A DNA stretch of 64,000 nt from a virus (taxonomy: Duplodnaviria; Caudoviricetes). The DNA lies in IMG/VR virus record IMGVR_UViG_3300028048_000096, positions 36,767 through 100,766 of that record. One strand, 5' to 3'. Shown here one piece after another: positions 9,023 to 18,379 of the stretch; positions within the stretch are counted from its first letter, which is position 1; each line of letters begins with the position of its first letter. The notes beneath the pieces are model-generated. The model was not told the DNA's origin. It worked only from the letters and a program-made list of their open reading frames with translations, and searched no databases. A program made the translations under genes and the position numbers.

Positions 9023-9436
9023 TTATATTACACCATCTTTTAAAACTCCATATATGCGCTCATGAATAACTTCTGACGCATATGCTTCTCCTTCTGTATC
9101 TAAAACTCGAATTTGAATTGCAGTTATGTTCTTTTCCGCGGCGGGATAAAACTTAAATGCAAGAGTATCTTCTTGAGTTAAATGAATTGTTGCTTGACAT
9201 CCTTTAGGTTCTTCTTCCTCAATATCCGTATTGTTTCCTATTATATCGTCTCCAATATTTGTATCAGTAATAAAACCATTGTCATCTTTTTCAATAGGAG
9301 CAAGTTCAATTTCACTTATATCTTTTTCTAAAACTACTTCTCCATTTTGCCAATAAGTAACATACAATTCTACTATTTCATCTATAGATAAAGGTAAAGT
9401 AAAACTATGATATGGAGTTGTGCCTCTATATAACAT
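9023..9436 (-). CDS. hypothetical structural protein (first gene of fibre operon)
   Basis: RGTTP...LTQEDTL..IQIR motif typical of phage baseplate-adjacent proteins (inference); GGAGG RBS. Confidence 0.6.
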   Translation of the reverse strand: MLYRGTTPYHSFTLPLSIDEIVELYVTYWQNGEVVLEKDISEIELAPIEKDDNGFITDTNIGDDIIGNNTDIEEEEPKGCQATIHLTQEDTLAFKFYPAAEKNITAIQIRVLDTEGEAYASEVIHERIYGVLKDGVI

Positions 9437-9480
9437 TATTTTTTACCTCCGCTTAAATAATTTAATATCCATTCCTTTCT

Positions 9481-9512
9481 TAAGTAGACTTTATCATTGA
9501 TAACTCTACTTT
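9481..9512. promoter_or_regulatory. imperfect palindrome carrying putative divergent late-type promoters
   Basis: AAGTAGACTTTATCA-T-TGATAACTCTACTT; AGTTAT-N13-TACTTA on minus, ACTTTA-N13-TACTTT on plus. Confidence 0.5.
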
Positions 9513-9531
9513 TTTGTACGGAGGGATTTTT

Positions 9532-9927
9532 ATGAGTCAATACGAAGAAAAAATAGTTGCTCTACTAAAAAGAGACAAAATTAAATTTGAAAGAGAAAAA
9601 AAATTTAACGATTTACGAAATGGGCGTTTTCGTTTTGATTTTTATGTCTATGTACAGGGCGGCCCAGCGATTGTAGAAGCTAATGGCATCCAACATTATA
9701 CTCAGGTCAAAAAATTTCAACCGACCCGCCGCGATTTCAACGCGCAACGTGAACGGGATAGGCGCAAGATAAGCTATTGTCTCGCCAACCGAATTCCTAT
9801 CTACTGTATACCCTATTGGGAAATTGAAAACCTTACATGTGCGGCCGACCTATTCCAAGAGCGATTCCGCGCGAAGACTCGATGGAAAAACGATGTTGAC
9901 TTTCAAAATTTCAAAAATCGTCAATAA
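9532..9927 (+). CDS. stand-alone PD-(D/E)XK/Vsr-like endonuclease
   Basis: E..I...L, RFDFY, IVEANGIQHY, D..K..YC, IPYW; same domain as the C-termini of 15259, 38296 and 39761. Confidence 0.7.
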   Translation: MSQYEEKIVALLKRDKIKFEREKKFNDLRNGRFRFDFYVYVQGGPAIVEANGIQHYTQVKKFQPTRRDFNAQRERDRRKISYCLANRIPIYCIPYWEIENLTCAADLFQERFRAKTRWKNDVDFQNFKNRQ

Positions 9928-9930
9928 AAT

Positions 9931-9960
9931 TTGACAGACTCGTCAAAATTTGGGTATAAT
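9931..9960 (+). promoter_or_regulatory. sigmaA-type promoter
   Basis: TTGACA-N18-TATAAT. Confidence 0.7.
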
Positions 9961-10042
9961 AAAAGCGGAGCTTGAAAAAAACAAAAAAATCCAAAAGAAA
10001 TTTATATTATATTATATTTAAGTAATAATAGGAGGATTATAT

Positions 10043-11092
10043 ATGTATTTATATATAATAATCTTCCTGCTTCTTGTATTTATATTTTATCTATTTACAA
10101 AAGAAAAGAAAATAAAAGAAGAAAATTCAAGTTTACGCTTAAACCGATTAGAAGATTTAAAGGATTATTTTAGAAAGGAGTGGGAAGAAGAAGAAAATCA
10201 ACTTATTCAAAAGAAAAGGGATAAGTTAAACGCAATTGAAAAAGAATGCTTAACTCATGAGTTTGTAACTAAAGACAAAATCAATAAATTAGATTTTCAA
10301 ATTAAAAGTTTAGAAACTCAATTAGTTGAAAAAGAAAAACGGTATAATGAAGTAAATCAAGATTTAGACTTATATCGAAAGGGTAAAATTGAAGAAATAG
10401 ACGCGGGGCTTATTGAATTAACTCATAAAAAGACAATTTTACTTGAAAATGAATTTAAAGAGAAAAAAGAAAACAAATTAAAAGAATTTGATGACGTAGT
10501 AAATTTCTTACAAACTCAAGAAGCGTCAATGAAAAATGAAATTGAGCAACTTAAGTTAGTATTAGAAGATTATCGTACAAAGCGCGCCGCCATTAATGAA
10601 GAGATTTTACGGCAGAAACAACTCGAAGAACAGCAAGACTTTTATCGAATCCAACTTGACCCTAATGAAATTGGTGATATAGAAATCCTTAGAAATACGG
10701 CCGCGCGCCTTCAACGTCCAGAAATTATTAATAAAATTATATGGTCTGGTTATTATCAGAAACCTCTTGCAGAATTACGTAAGCGACTTCTGCCAAACGG
10801 AGACATAAGCGGAATATATAAAATAACTCGACTTAAAACAAAGGAAATTTATATAGGTCAAAGCACATCATTAGATAAGCGTTGGCAAGAACATACGAAA
10901 TCTGCTTTGGGAGTTGGAACTTTAGCCTCTTCTCAACTTCATCGAGTAATGGCACTAGATGGTCCAGAGAATTTTACCTTTGAAGTCCTTGAAGAGACAC
11001 CTAAAGATAAGCTCCGTGAGCGAGAATCTTATTATATAGATTTTTATGATAGTAAAAACTATGGCCTTAATACAATTAAAGGCGATAAATAA
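10043..11092 (+). CDS. membrane-anchored coiled-coil protein with C-terminal GIY-YIG domain
   Basis: N-terminal hydrophobic helix, ~180-aa coiled coil, GIYKI...IYIGQS..R..EH...E....N. Confidence 0.8.
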   Translation: MYLYIIIFLLLVFIFYLFTKEKKIKEENSSLRLNRLEDLKDYFRKEWEEEENQLIQKKRDKLNAIEKECLTHEFVTKDKINKLDFQIKSLETQLVEKEKRYNEVNQDLDLYRKGKIEEIDAGLIELTHKKTILLENEFKEKKENKLKEFDDVVNFLQTQEASMKNEIEQLKLVLEDYRTKRAAINEEILRQKQLEEQQDFYRIQLDPNEIGDIEILRNTAARLQRPEIINKIIWSGYYQKPLAELRKRLLPNGDISGIYKITRLKTKEIYIGQSTSLDKRWQEHTKSALGVGTLASSQLHRVMALDGPENFTFEVLEETPKDKLRERESYYIDFYDSKNYGLNTIKGDK

Positions 11093-11128
11093 ATAAATAA
11101 CGCGAAAGCGAAGGAGGAAGAACCTTTC

Positions 11129-12190
11129 ATGAATTTAATTCAAGACCAAATTATTCAAACTAAAGAACCTAAAGTATTCGTTAATTCTGCCGCGGCCGCA
11201 GGAAAAACATTCGTACTAACCGAACGTATACGTTATCTTTTAGATAATGGAGTACAACCCGAAGAGATTGTTGCAATTACTTTTACAAATAACGCGGCAT
11301 CAGTAATGTATGAACGTTTAGGGCGGCCGAATGGTTTATTTATCGGAACAGTACATTCATATTGCAATTTTTTGCTTAGGTGTTCAGGAATCGATACAAG
11401 TAATCTTCTTGATGAAGAAAGATTTGACGATTTATTTCCGCTAATCCAAGAGCATCCAGAATGCGTGCGCCATGTGAGTCATTTACTTTTAGATGAAGGA
11501 CAGGATTCAACACAAGAACAATTTGAGTTTTTTGAGCTTATTAATCCTGACAATTTCATGTACTTTTTTGATATTCGTCAAAGCATCTACTCATTTATTG
11601 GTGCGGACCCGCAATATTTAATTAATAAAATAGAAAATGACCCTGATATAGTTGTTTATAATATGGTTCAAAATCATCGTAATTATCGAGAAATTTTACA
11701 GTTTGCGAAGAAATTCTTATATCGACTTGGTCCTTCTTATGCCGATAATTCAGTTCCTACAAGAGGAAGTTCTCAAGGATGTGTATTTGAAGGAGATTAT
11801 ACACCATCTCAAGCAATTGAAATTTTTAAAAAAGTTAACTCCACGCTACAAGATGATTGGAAAGATTGGTTTATTTTGTGTCGTACTAATGCCGATGTTG
11901 AATTATTTGCAACCCTTTTAAATAAAGAAGGAATCCCAAATGATACTTTTAAACAATCGGAATTAACTAATGCAGAAATTGAAGACCGTATGAAAGAGAA
12001 TACAGTTAAAATTTTAACCGTACATAGCGCGAAGGGCATGGAAAATAAGAATGTGTTAGTGTTCAATGTAAGAGCTTACAAAGATGAAGAGGCGCGCATA
12101 TGCTATGTCGCAGCGACACGTGCGAGAGACCATTTAATTTGGATACGGATGCCGAAGAAGAAAAAAGCAAAAATTGTAAATTGGGAATAA
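11129..12190 (+). CDS. minimal UvrD/Rep-family SF1A helicase
   Basis: AAAGKT, ITFTN, GTVHS, LLDEGQD, QSIYSF, TVHSAKGME, YVAATRA; only 353 aa. Confidence 0.85.
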   Translation: MNLIQDQIIQTKEPKVFVNSAAAAGKTFVLTERIRYLLDNGVQPEEIVAITFTNNAASVMYERLGRPNGLFIGTVHSYCNFLLRCSGIDTSNLLDEERFDDLFPLIQEHPECVRHVSHLLLDEGQDSTQEQFEFFELINPDNFMYFFDIRQSIYSFIGADPQYLINKIENDPDIVVYNMVQNHRNYREILQFAKKFLYRLGPSYADNSVPTRGSSQGCVFEGDYTPSQAIEIFKKVNSTLQDDWKDWFILCRTNADVELFATLLNKEGIPNDTFKQSELTNAEIEDRMKENTVKILTVHSAKGMENKNVLVFNVRAYKDEEARICYVAATRARDHLIWIRMPKKKKAKIVNWE

Positions 12191-12218
12191 AAAAGACCGA
12201 CTTATATGTCGGTCTTTT
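12189..12218. terminator. bidirectional terminator
   Basis: AAAAGACCGAC-TTATAT-GTCGGTCTTTT between convergent genes. Confidence 0.85.
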
Positions 12219-12221
12219 AAA

Positions 12222-12698
12222 TTAAACTGTAATAGTACCAGCGCCAGTAATTCCAAATTCACCTGCAGCATAGGTAATGTCACCAGTTACTGTTATTGGC
12301 GTAGCCAAATCAAAATCACTCATAACACCAATCAATCCTTTTTCAGAATCAATTGGAACTTGAACAGTTTGAGTACCTGGTCCTATTAACATAACTACGC
12401 CATTAAAATTTCCATTACTATCATAGTTCGGCAAATAAATTTTATTAATATTCATTCCATTAGATGTTATTGTAACATCTACTAACTCAAGACTATTTGA
12501 ACTTGAAGCAGGGACATTAACAATTACCTTGCTATATGCACCACCAGATTGCTGATATGTACCATTAGAAGTGGCTATCAAAGTGCTAAGTTTAATTTTC
12601 TCTTGCTCTGAAAGAGCCTGTAACATACTCTTTAATACATTAGGATTAGTATTTGCGGGAGTATGCATTACATAGTCAAGAACTTCTTGTATATTCAT
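12222..12698 (-). CDS. hypothetical, possibly virion-associated protein
   Basis: 158 aa; N-terminal LDYVMHTPANTNPNVLK, beta-rich remainder; GGAGG RBS. Confidence 0.65.
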   Translation of the reverse strand: MNIQEVLDYVMHTPANTNPNVLKSMLQALSEQEKIKLSTLIATSNGTYQQSGGAYSKVIVNVPASSSNSLELVDVTITSNGMNINKIYLPNYDSNGNFNGVVMLIGPGTQTVQVPIDSEKGLIGVMSDFDLATPITVTGDITYAAGEFGITGAGTITV

Positions 12699-12717
12699 GG
12701 CTTCCTCCCGTAGCTAA

Positions 12718-12912
12718 TTATTCTTTCTTTTCTTCGCCTTGTTCTTCTATAGGTTCTTCTCCGGGTTCAACCGCGGGCTCCTCTGTGGGAGTTGGGTCTT
12801 CTTCGCTTTCATCCTCTTCTGGTTCAATAGATTCTAAAACAGCTTTAAGAACCGCGGGATTTAAAGCATCTTTATTTTTTAAAATAAAATCAATTGTTTC
12901 TTTCATTTTCAT
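12718..12912 (-). CDS. small acidic Glu/Pro-rich protein
   Basis: AGGAGG RBS at 12922-12927 favours start MKMKET at 12912. Confidence 0.6.
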   Translation of the reverse strand: MKMKETIDFILKNKDALNPAVLKAVLESIEPEEDESEEDPTPTEEPAVEPGEEPIEEQGEEKKE

Positions 12913-12950
12913 AGGTACGTACCTCCTAATTTTATTTGTACTCGTACATT

Positions 12951-12977
12951 TATAAGTCATTTTCACCGCTTTAAACT
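12951..12977 (-). promoter_or_regulatory. putative phage late promoter
   Basis: AGTTTA-N13-GACTTATA, same spacing as at 63915-63941. Confidence 0.55.
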
Positions 12978-12985
12978 CTGTAAAT

Positions 12986-13014
12986 TTGACTTTTAATAAA
13001 TTTTTTGATATAAT
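12986..13014 (+). promoter_or_regulatory. sigmaA-type promoter with extended -10
   Basis: TTGACT-N17-TATAAT with TG at the extended -10 position. Confidence 0.75.
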
Positions 13015-13043
13015 ATAAGTAGAATGAGAAAGGAGCAAGTAAA

Positions 13044-13247
13044 ATGACCGAAATTAACAAAACAAAAGTAGAACGCGGTGATACAATTGTTATAATTGAT
13101 ATGTTGGGTGAGCCGCAGTATAATGGAAAAAGTGGAACTGTTGACCATATTGACTCTATGGGCCAAATTCATTGTAAAGGATTTGGATTAGCGGTGATTC
13201 CAGAGCAAGATATATTTAAGATTATTAAGAAAGAAAAAGATATATAA
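13044..13247 (+). CDS. small SH3-like protein (DUF4314-like)
   Basis: G..GTVDHIDSMGQIH....LAVIP..D pattern. Confidence 0.6.
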   Translation: MTEINKTKVERGDTIVIIDMLGEPQYNGKSGTVDHIDSMGQIHCKGFGLAVIPEQDIFKIIKKEKDI

Positions 13248-13411
13248 TGTTTAAAGTTAAGAAAATAAGTACGGGTGAAATTTTTCAAGTCCTCGATACT
13301 CATGTTGATGATTATTTTAATATAACCTATTTTCTTATTTGGGAAAACAATGGTTGGAGATGGAGGCTTGCAAAGAATTTCGTACCACCAGGAGTAGAAA
13401 TTAATGAGTAA
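13247..13411 (+). CDS. 54-aa hypothetical protein not in the ORF track
   Basis: TAATG overlap with the upstream gene; MFKVKK...FLIWENNGWRW...NFVPP; overlaps the gyrB start. Confidence 0.6.
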   Translation: MFKVKKISTGEIFQVLDTHVDDYFNITYFLIWENNGWRWRLAKNFVPPGVEINE

Positions 13412-15257
13412 TTCTTATGGAATTGATGATATTAAAAGTTTAAGTTTCCGCGAAGGCGTGCGCGAGCGTATACAAATGTATTTAGGCAGCGATGACCTTG
13501 ATGGAACATATCAGGCTTTTAAAGAAATTATAAATAATGCAACTGATGAAGCAATCGCAGGATTTGGTACAAAAATTGAAATCTACGTCCATGAAAGTGA
13601 TAACTCAATAGATATTCGTGATTATGGGCGCGGCGTTCCTTTTGGAATTCGTGAAGATGGAGAGAATGTTTTAATTTCAATCTATTCTAAATCTCATACG
13701 GGTGGAAAATTTGAAGAAGGTGCATATAAGAATTCAAGCGGTCTTAATGGTATTGGCGCCAAGTGCGTTTGTTTAAGTTCTGACCATTTTCTTGTTCAAA
13801 GTTTTCGTGATGGCAAGGGCGCGGAAGCAAGATTTAAGAAAGGTTTTCTTGAATCTTATGAAGAATTTGATACTGCCGAGCCAAACGGAACTTTTGTTTC
13901 CTTTCAACCTGATCCTGAGGTTTTTAAGAATGGAGAACTTGGTTATTCTTTTGAAAAGATAAGTGAAGATATTAAAAATATATCATATCTTTATAGTGGA
14001 ATAACCTTTGAAATTAAAGGTGAAAAAGGTAAGAAAAATACCTATTGCGCCAAAAATGGAATTGTAGATTTTGTAAAAGACAATATAAAAAGTCCTTTAC
14101 ATAAACATATAATTGTAGGTAAAGCAGAAGATGAAACTGATAAAGTTGAAATTGCATTCCAATGGGGAGATGGAAAAGAAAGCGAGTATGTCTTCGTTAA
14201 TGGCTTGCGTTGTCCAGAAGGTGGTAGTCCTATCACCGGCGCAAAGGGAGCAATTACGCGTACGTTTAATTCGCTCTCAGGGCAAAAATTCGATGGCGAT
14301 AGTATACGTTCAGGTTTGTTCTATGTTATCAACTGTTCCGTGGCGCAACCTTCTTTTGCTAACCAAACGAAGTCAAAAATTAACAACGCTAATTTGCGAA
14401 CTTTGGCTTCAAATGCATTCTCAGACGCACTCAAGCAAATGAGCCTGAGATATAAGGATGAGTTTGATACAATTGTTGAATTGCTTAAAAAGTATGCGAA
14501 GGCTGAGGCCGCTGCAGAAAGAGCAAGACAGAATGTATTAAACGCGGCGCGCGAGATTGAAAAAAATCAAAAGAAAAAGGTTTTTGCAAGTGATAAGCTT
14601 AAGGACGCAGAATTTCTTGGACAAAATTCCACTCTTCTAATTGTCGAAGGTAATAGTGCTATGGGAGGCATGGCGCGAGCTCGTGATTATACTCACTATG
14701 GACTACTCGCAATTAGAGGAAAAATTATCAACTGTTTGTCTAATCCTGAAGAGAAAATTTATAATAATGAAGAGATTAAGCTGCTTTTAAGTGCAATGAA
14801 TATCGTACCTGGGAAGTATAATTCACAAAAATTACGCTATGGAAAGATAGGTATCTGCGTCGACGCTGATTCCGATGGAAGTCATATTGCATTACTTATA
14901 ATGAGTGCGTTACAGTATCTTGCACCGGAATTCATCCGCGAAGGGCGTTTGTGCTGGTTAAGGTCTCCACTCTATATTGTTGAAAACAAGGGAAAAGAAA
15001 GTTATTATTTCACCGATGAAGAATTTAATAAGGTAAGAAATAAGATTAAGGGTGAAGTTACTAGGGCGAAGGGTCTTGGTGAATTATCCGATGAGACCGC
15101 AAGGGCTTCAATGTTTTCAAGTGAATATCAAAGGATGGACGTGTTAGATTGGGATGCAGATGCAGTAAGTTTATTATATGACTTAATGGGCGAAGATGTA
15201 GAGTGCCGTCGAAAATTTATTATGGAAAAGGTAGATTTTACCAAAATACGAGAATAA
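13404..15257 (+). CDS. gyrB: type IIA topoisomerase B subunit (GyrB/ParE)
   Basis: GHKL motifs (EIINNATDE, DYGRGVP, GGKF, GLNGIG); Toprim EGNSA, IRGK, DADSDG, KGLGE. Confidence 0.92.
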   Translation: MSNSYGIDDIKSLSFREGVRERIQMYLGSDDLDGTYQAFKEIINNATDEAIAGFGTKIEIYVHESDNSIDIRDYGRGVPFGIREDGENVLISIYSKSHTGGKFEEGAYKNSSGLNGIGAKCVCLSSDHFLVQSFRDGKGAEARFKKGFLESYEEFDTAEPNGTFVSFQPDPEVFKNGELGYSFEKISEDIKNISYLYSGITFEIKGEKGKKNTYCAKNGIVDFVKDNIKSPLHKHIIVGKAEDETDKVEIAFQWGDGKESEYVFVNGLRCPEGGSPITGAKGAITRTFNSLSGQKFDGDSIRSGLFYVINCSVAQPSFANQTKSKINNANLRTLASNAFSDALKQMSLRYKDEFDTIVELLKKYAKAEAAAERARQNVLNAAREIEKNQKKKVFASDKLKDAEFLGQNSTLLIVEGNSAMGGMARARDYTHYGLLAIRGKIINCLSNPEEKIYNNEEIKLLLSAMNIVPGKYNSQKLRYGKIGICVDADSDGSHIALLIMSALQYLAPEFIREGRLCWLRSPLYIVENKGKESYYFTDEEFNKVRNKIKGEVTRAKGLGELSDETARASMFSSEYQRMDVLDWDADAVSLLYDLMGEDVECRRKFIMEKVDFTKIRE

Positions 15258-15258
15258 T

Positions 15259-15981
15259 ATGAAACTAATTGATTTAACTGGTAAAACTTTCGGTAATTTA
15301 ACTGTTATTGAGAGAGATTGGGAATATCAAAAGAAAAACAACTATGAAAAACCATATTGGAAGTGTCATTGCTCTTGTGGGAAAATTGTTTCAGTTTTAG
15401 GGAAAAGTCTACGAGAAGGTACACAAGTTAGTTGTGGGTGCCTAGCCAAGCAAAGAGCTAAACAATTAAATTTTAAAGATATTACTAATCAGCGATTCGG
15501 TAAGCTGACAGCTTTAAAATATGTTGGAAATTCTAAGTGGGAATGTCAATGTGATTGTGGTTTTAAATGTGTGGTTGCTACTGGTCATTTAACCTCTGGT
15601 CACACCACATCATGTGGTTGTTTGCGTTCTAAAGGAGAGTCGATAATTTCTCAATGGCTAGATACAAATAACTATCTTTATAAAAAACAATATACAAATC
15701 AATTATTGAGAAATAATAAAGGTAATATATTGAAAATTGATTTTGCTATTTTAAATAGTCAAAATCAACCAATAGGTTTTATTGAATATAATGGTAAACA
15801 ACATTATGATATTAATGATGCTTGGTATAAACCAGAAGTAGAAGAGGGATTAATAATAAAGGAGCAATATGCTTACAAAAACAATATTCCTTTTATTATT
15901 ATCTCTTATCAAGATGATATTATTAGTACATTAGAAAATTTTATTTTGAAGAAAGTTGATTTTAGTAAGGTAAGAGAATAA
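15259..15981 (+). mobile_element. free-standing homing-endonuclease-like gene (2 Cys-rich repeats + PD-(D/E)XK-like domain)
   Basis: DLTG..FG.LTV...WKCHCSCG...SCGC x2, then KIDF...IEYNGKQHY; sits between gyrB and gyrA. Confidence 0.8.
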
Positions 15982-18330
15982 ATGAGTAATTTAAAAACAA
16001 TAATCGAAGATTCAATGATACAATATAGTGGTGCGGTTTTGCAAAGCCGTGCTCTTGTTGACGTGCGCGATGGTCTCAAACCATCTGCTCGTCAAATCTT
16101 CTATTCAATGCTTACTCGTAAACTTACTCATAATAAACCATATAAGAAAACTGCTAATGCTGTTGGTATGGCTATGGCTGACTTCTATATCCATGGTGAT
16201 TCAAGTTGCGAAGGCGTTATAATGCGCGCCGGTCAAGAATTTGCCATGAGATATCCACTTGTAGATGTTAAAGGTAACGTAGGTTCGCTTATTGAATCTG
16301 GCAATTGGGCTGCCATGCGTTATACAGAAAGCCGACTCTCAAAAATTTCTAATATCTTATTCACAGATATAGATAAGGATACAATAGAAGAATGGAGAGA
16401 TAACTATGATAATACAAAACAGTATCCCGCTGTTCTTCCAAGTAAAGGCTTCTACAATATATGTAACGGAAGTCAAGGAATTGGAGTTGGTCTTGCCGCG
16501 TCAATACCTCAGTATAACTTAAAAGAAATGAACCAAGCTCTTGAGCACTTACTTCTCAACCCTGATTGCGATTTTGAAGAAATTTATATTGCTCCAGACT
16601 TTGCGACGGGCGCGATTCTTCTTAATGAAGATGAAGTTAAGAACTCAATGAAGCAAGGAACTGGTTTTGCTTGTAAGTTACGTAGCGTTGTAGACTATGA
16701 TAAGAAAGAAAATTGCTTCATAGTAACTGAAATACCCTATGGAGTTTATACAAATACAATATGCGGTGAATTGGAAGATATAATTAACGGTGAAGAAAAT
16801 CCAGGAATTGAACGTTTTAACGACTTAACTGGAAAGACTCCACTTATTAAAATTTACCTTAATAAAAGAGTTAATCCCGATAAAGTATTAAAGTATTTAT
16901 ATAAGAATACTTCGCTTCAATACTACTATGGAATTAATTTTACAATGTTAGATATGGGTAGATTTCCAAAAGTGTTTACTTGGAAAGAAATGTTACAAGC
17001 CCATATTGACCATGAAAAAGAAGTTTATCGCAGAGGGTTTGAATTTGACCTTAAAAAGATAACTGACCGACTTCATATAATTGATGGATTATTGATTTGT
17101 CTTGCTAATATTGATGAAGTAGTACATATAATTAAATCGTCCACGTCGTCAGTTACGGCGGCCACCGCATTAAAAGAGCGATTCTTACTTGATGATGTGC
17201 AGACAAAGGCAATTCTTGATATGAAGTTAAGCCGACTCGCGCATTTAGAGGTTAAGAAATTAACTGATGAGAAAGAAGAACTTGAACGGTCGGCCGCGCA
17301 TATAAGTCAAATCTTATCCGACGTCGACTTATTTAATCAAGAACTTATAAATGGTTGGAGAGAAGTTTCCCAAAAATTTGGTGATGAGCGTCGCACGCGC
17401 ATCCTCAATATTGCTAAAGAAAACGAAGAGCCGCGCGAAACTCATGAACTTCTAATCAACCTATCAAATCAAAATAATATTTATATCACAACCGTTTCAA
17501 CACTTTATTCACAAAAACGTGGTGGTGTGGGCAATAAATTCAAAATGAGTAAAGGAGAATATGTGATAAGTACTGCTTCTGGTACAAACCTCGATACACT
17601 TCTCTTCTTCTCTAATGAGGGTAATTGCTATCACACTCAAATTTCAGACCTACCATTTGAGGAAGTGATTCCAATTGAATCACTATGCAACCTCAACACA
17701 ACAGAACACATTAAACAACTCGCATTTCTCAATCGCAAAGACAGTAAAGAACATATCATTTTCTTGACTAAAAAGGGAATACTCAAAAAGTCTAGATTAT
17801 CCGAATATAATACAAAAATGAAAATCGGTGTTAAGGCCCTTAACTTAGACGAAGGCGATGAAATTTGTTCAATACTTCTAATGAATGATGAACGAGTTGG
17901 TATGTTGACAGCGCGCGGTCAATTCGTAATGTGTGAAACCAAAGACATACGTGCTATTGGTAGAATCGCGCGAGGAGTAAAAGGAATTACGTTAAATCTG
18001 GGTGATAGTTTAGTTTCAGCACAAATCATTCCAAGCAACGTAAAAGAATTATTGACCATAAGTGAGTTGGGCTTCAGTAAACGAACTTCAATTTCTGAGT
18101 TTAACGTAACTGGTAGAGCAACCAAAGGAGTAAAAATCCAAACACTTAAAGAAAACGATTCAATGATTGACTTTGCACCCATTGTGAACCAGAGAGATAC
18201 GATAGTGGTGTCATCGAACTCTCAAATCAAATTTAACATTGACGAGATTAACTTACTTAGCAAAGGCGCGCAAGGCACCAAATCGATAAAATTGAATGTA
18301 GCTAAAGTAATTGGATTACAAATTTTTTAA
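15982..18330 (+). CDS. gyrA: type IIA topoisomerase A subunit (GyrA/ParC)
   Basis: RALVDVRDGLKP, YIHGDSS, AAMRYTESRL (catalytic Tyr); beta-pinwheel CTD with QKRGGVG. Confidence 0.92.
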   Translation: MSNLKTIIEDSMIQYSGAVLQSRALVDVRDGLKPSARQIFYSMLTRKLTHNKPYKKTANAVGMAMADFYIHGDSSCEGVIMRAGQEFAMRYPLVDVKGNVGSLIESGNWAAMRYTESRLSKISNILFTDIDKDTIEEWRDNYDNTKQYPAVLPSKGFYNICNGSQGIGVGLAASIPQYNLKEMNQALEHLLLNPDCDFEEIYIAPDFATGAILLNEDEVKNSMKQGTGFACKLRSVVDYDKKENCFIVTEIPYGVYTNTICGELEDIINGEENPGIERFNDLTGKTPLIKIYLNKRVNPDKVLKYLYKNTSLQYYYGINFTMLDMGRFPKVFTWKEMLQAHIDHEKEVYRRGFEFDLKKITDRLHIIDGLLICLANIDEVVHIIKSSTSSVTAATALKERFLLDDVQTKAILDMKLSRLAHLEVKKLTDEKEELERSAAHISQILSDVDLFNQELINGWREVSQKFGDERRTRILNIAKENEEPRETHELLINLSNQNNIYITTVSTLYSQKRGGVGNKFKMSKGEYVISTASGTNLDTLLFFSNEGNCYHTQISDLPFEEVIPIESLCNLNTTEHIKQLAFLNRKDSKEHIIFLTKKGILKKSRLSEYNTKMKIGVKALNLDEGDEICSILLMNDERVGMLTARGQFVMCETKDIRAIGRIARGVKGITLNLGDSLVSAQIIPSNVKELLTISELGFSKRTSISEFNVTGRATKGVKIQTLKENDSMIDFAPIVNQRDTIVVSSNSQIKFNIDEINLLSKGAQGTKSIKLNVAKVIGLQIF

Positions 18331-18350
18331 AATTCGAACGGTTTGAAAAT

Positions 18351-18379
18351 TTGAAAGTGTTCTGAAAATCTGATATAAT
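18351..18379 (+). promoter_or_regulatory. sigmaA-type promoter with extended -10
   Basis: TTGAAA-N17-TATAAT with TG. Confidence 0.7.
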
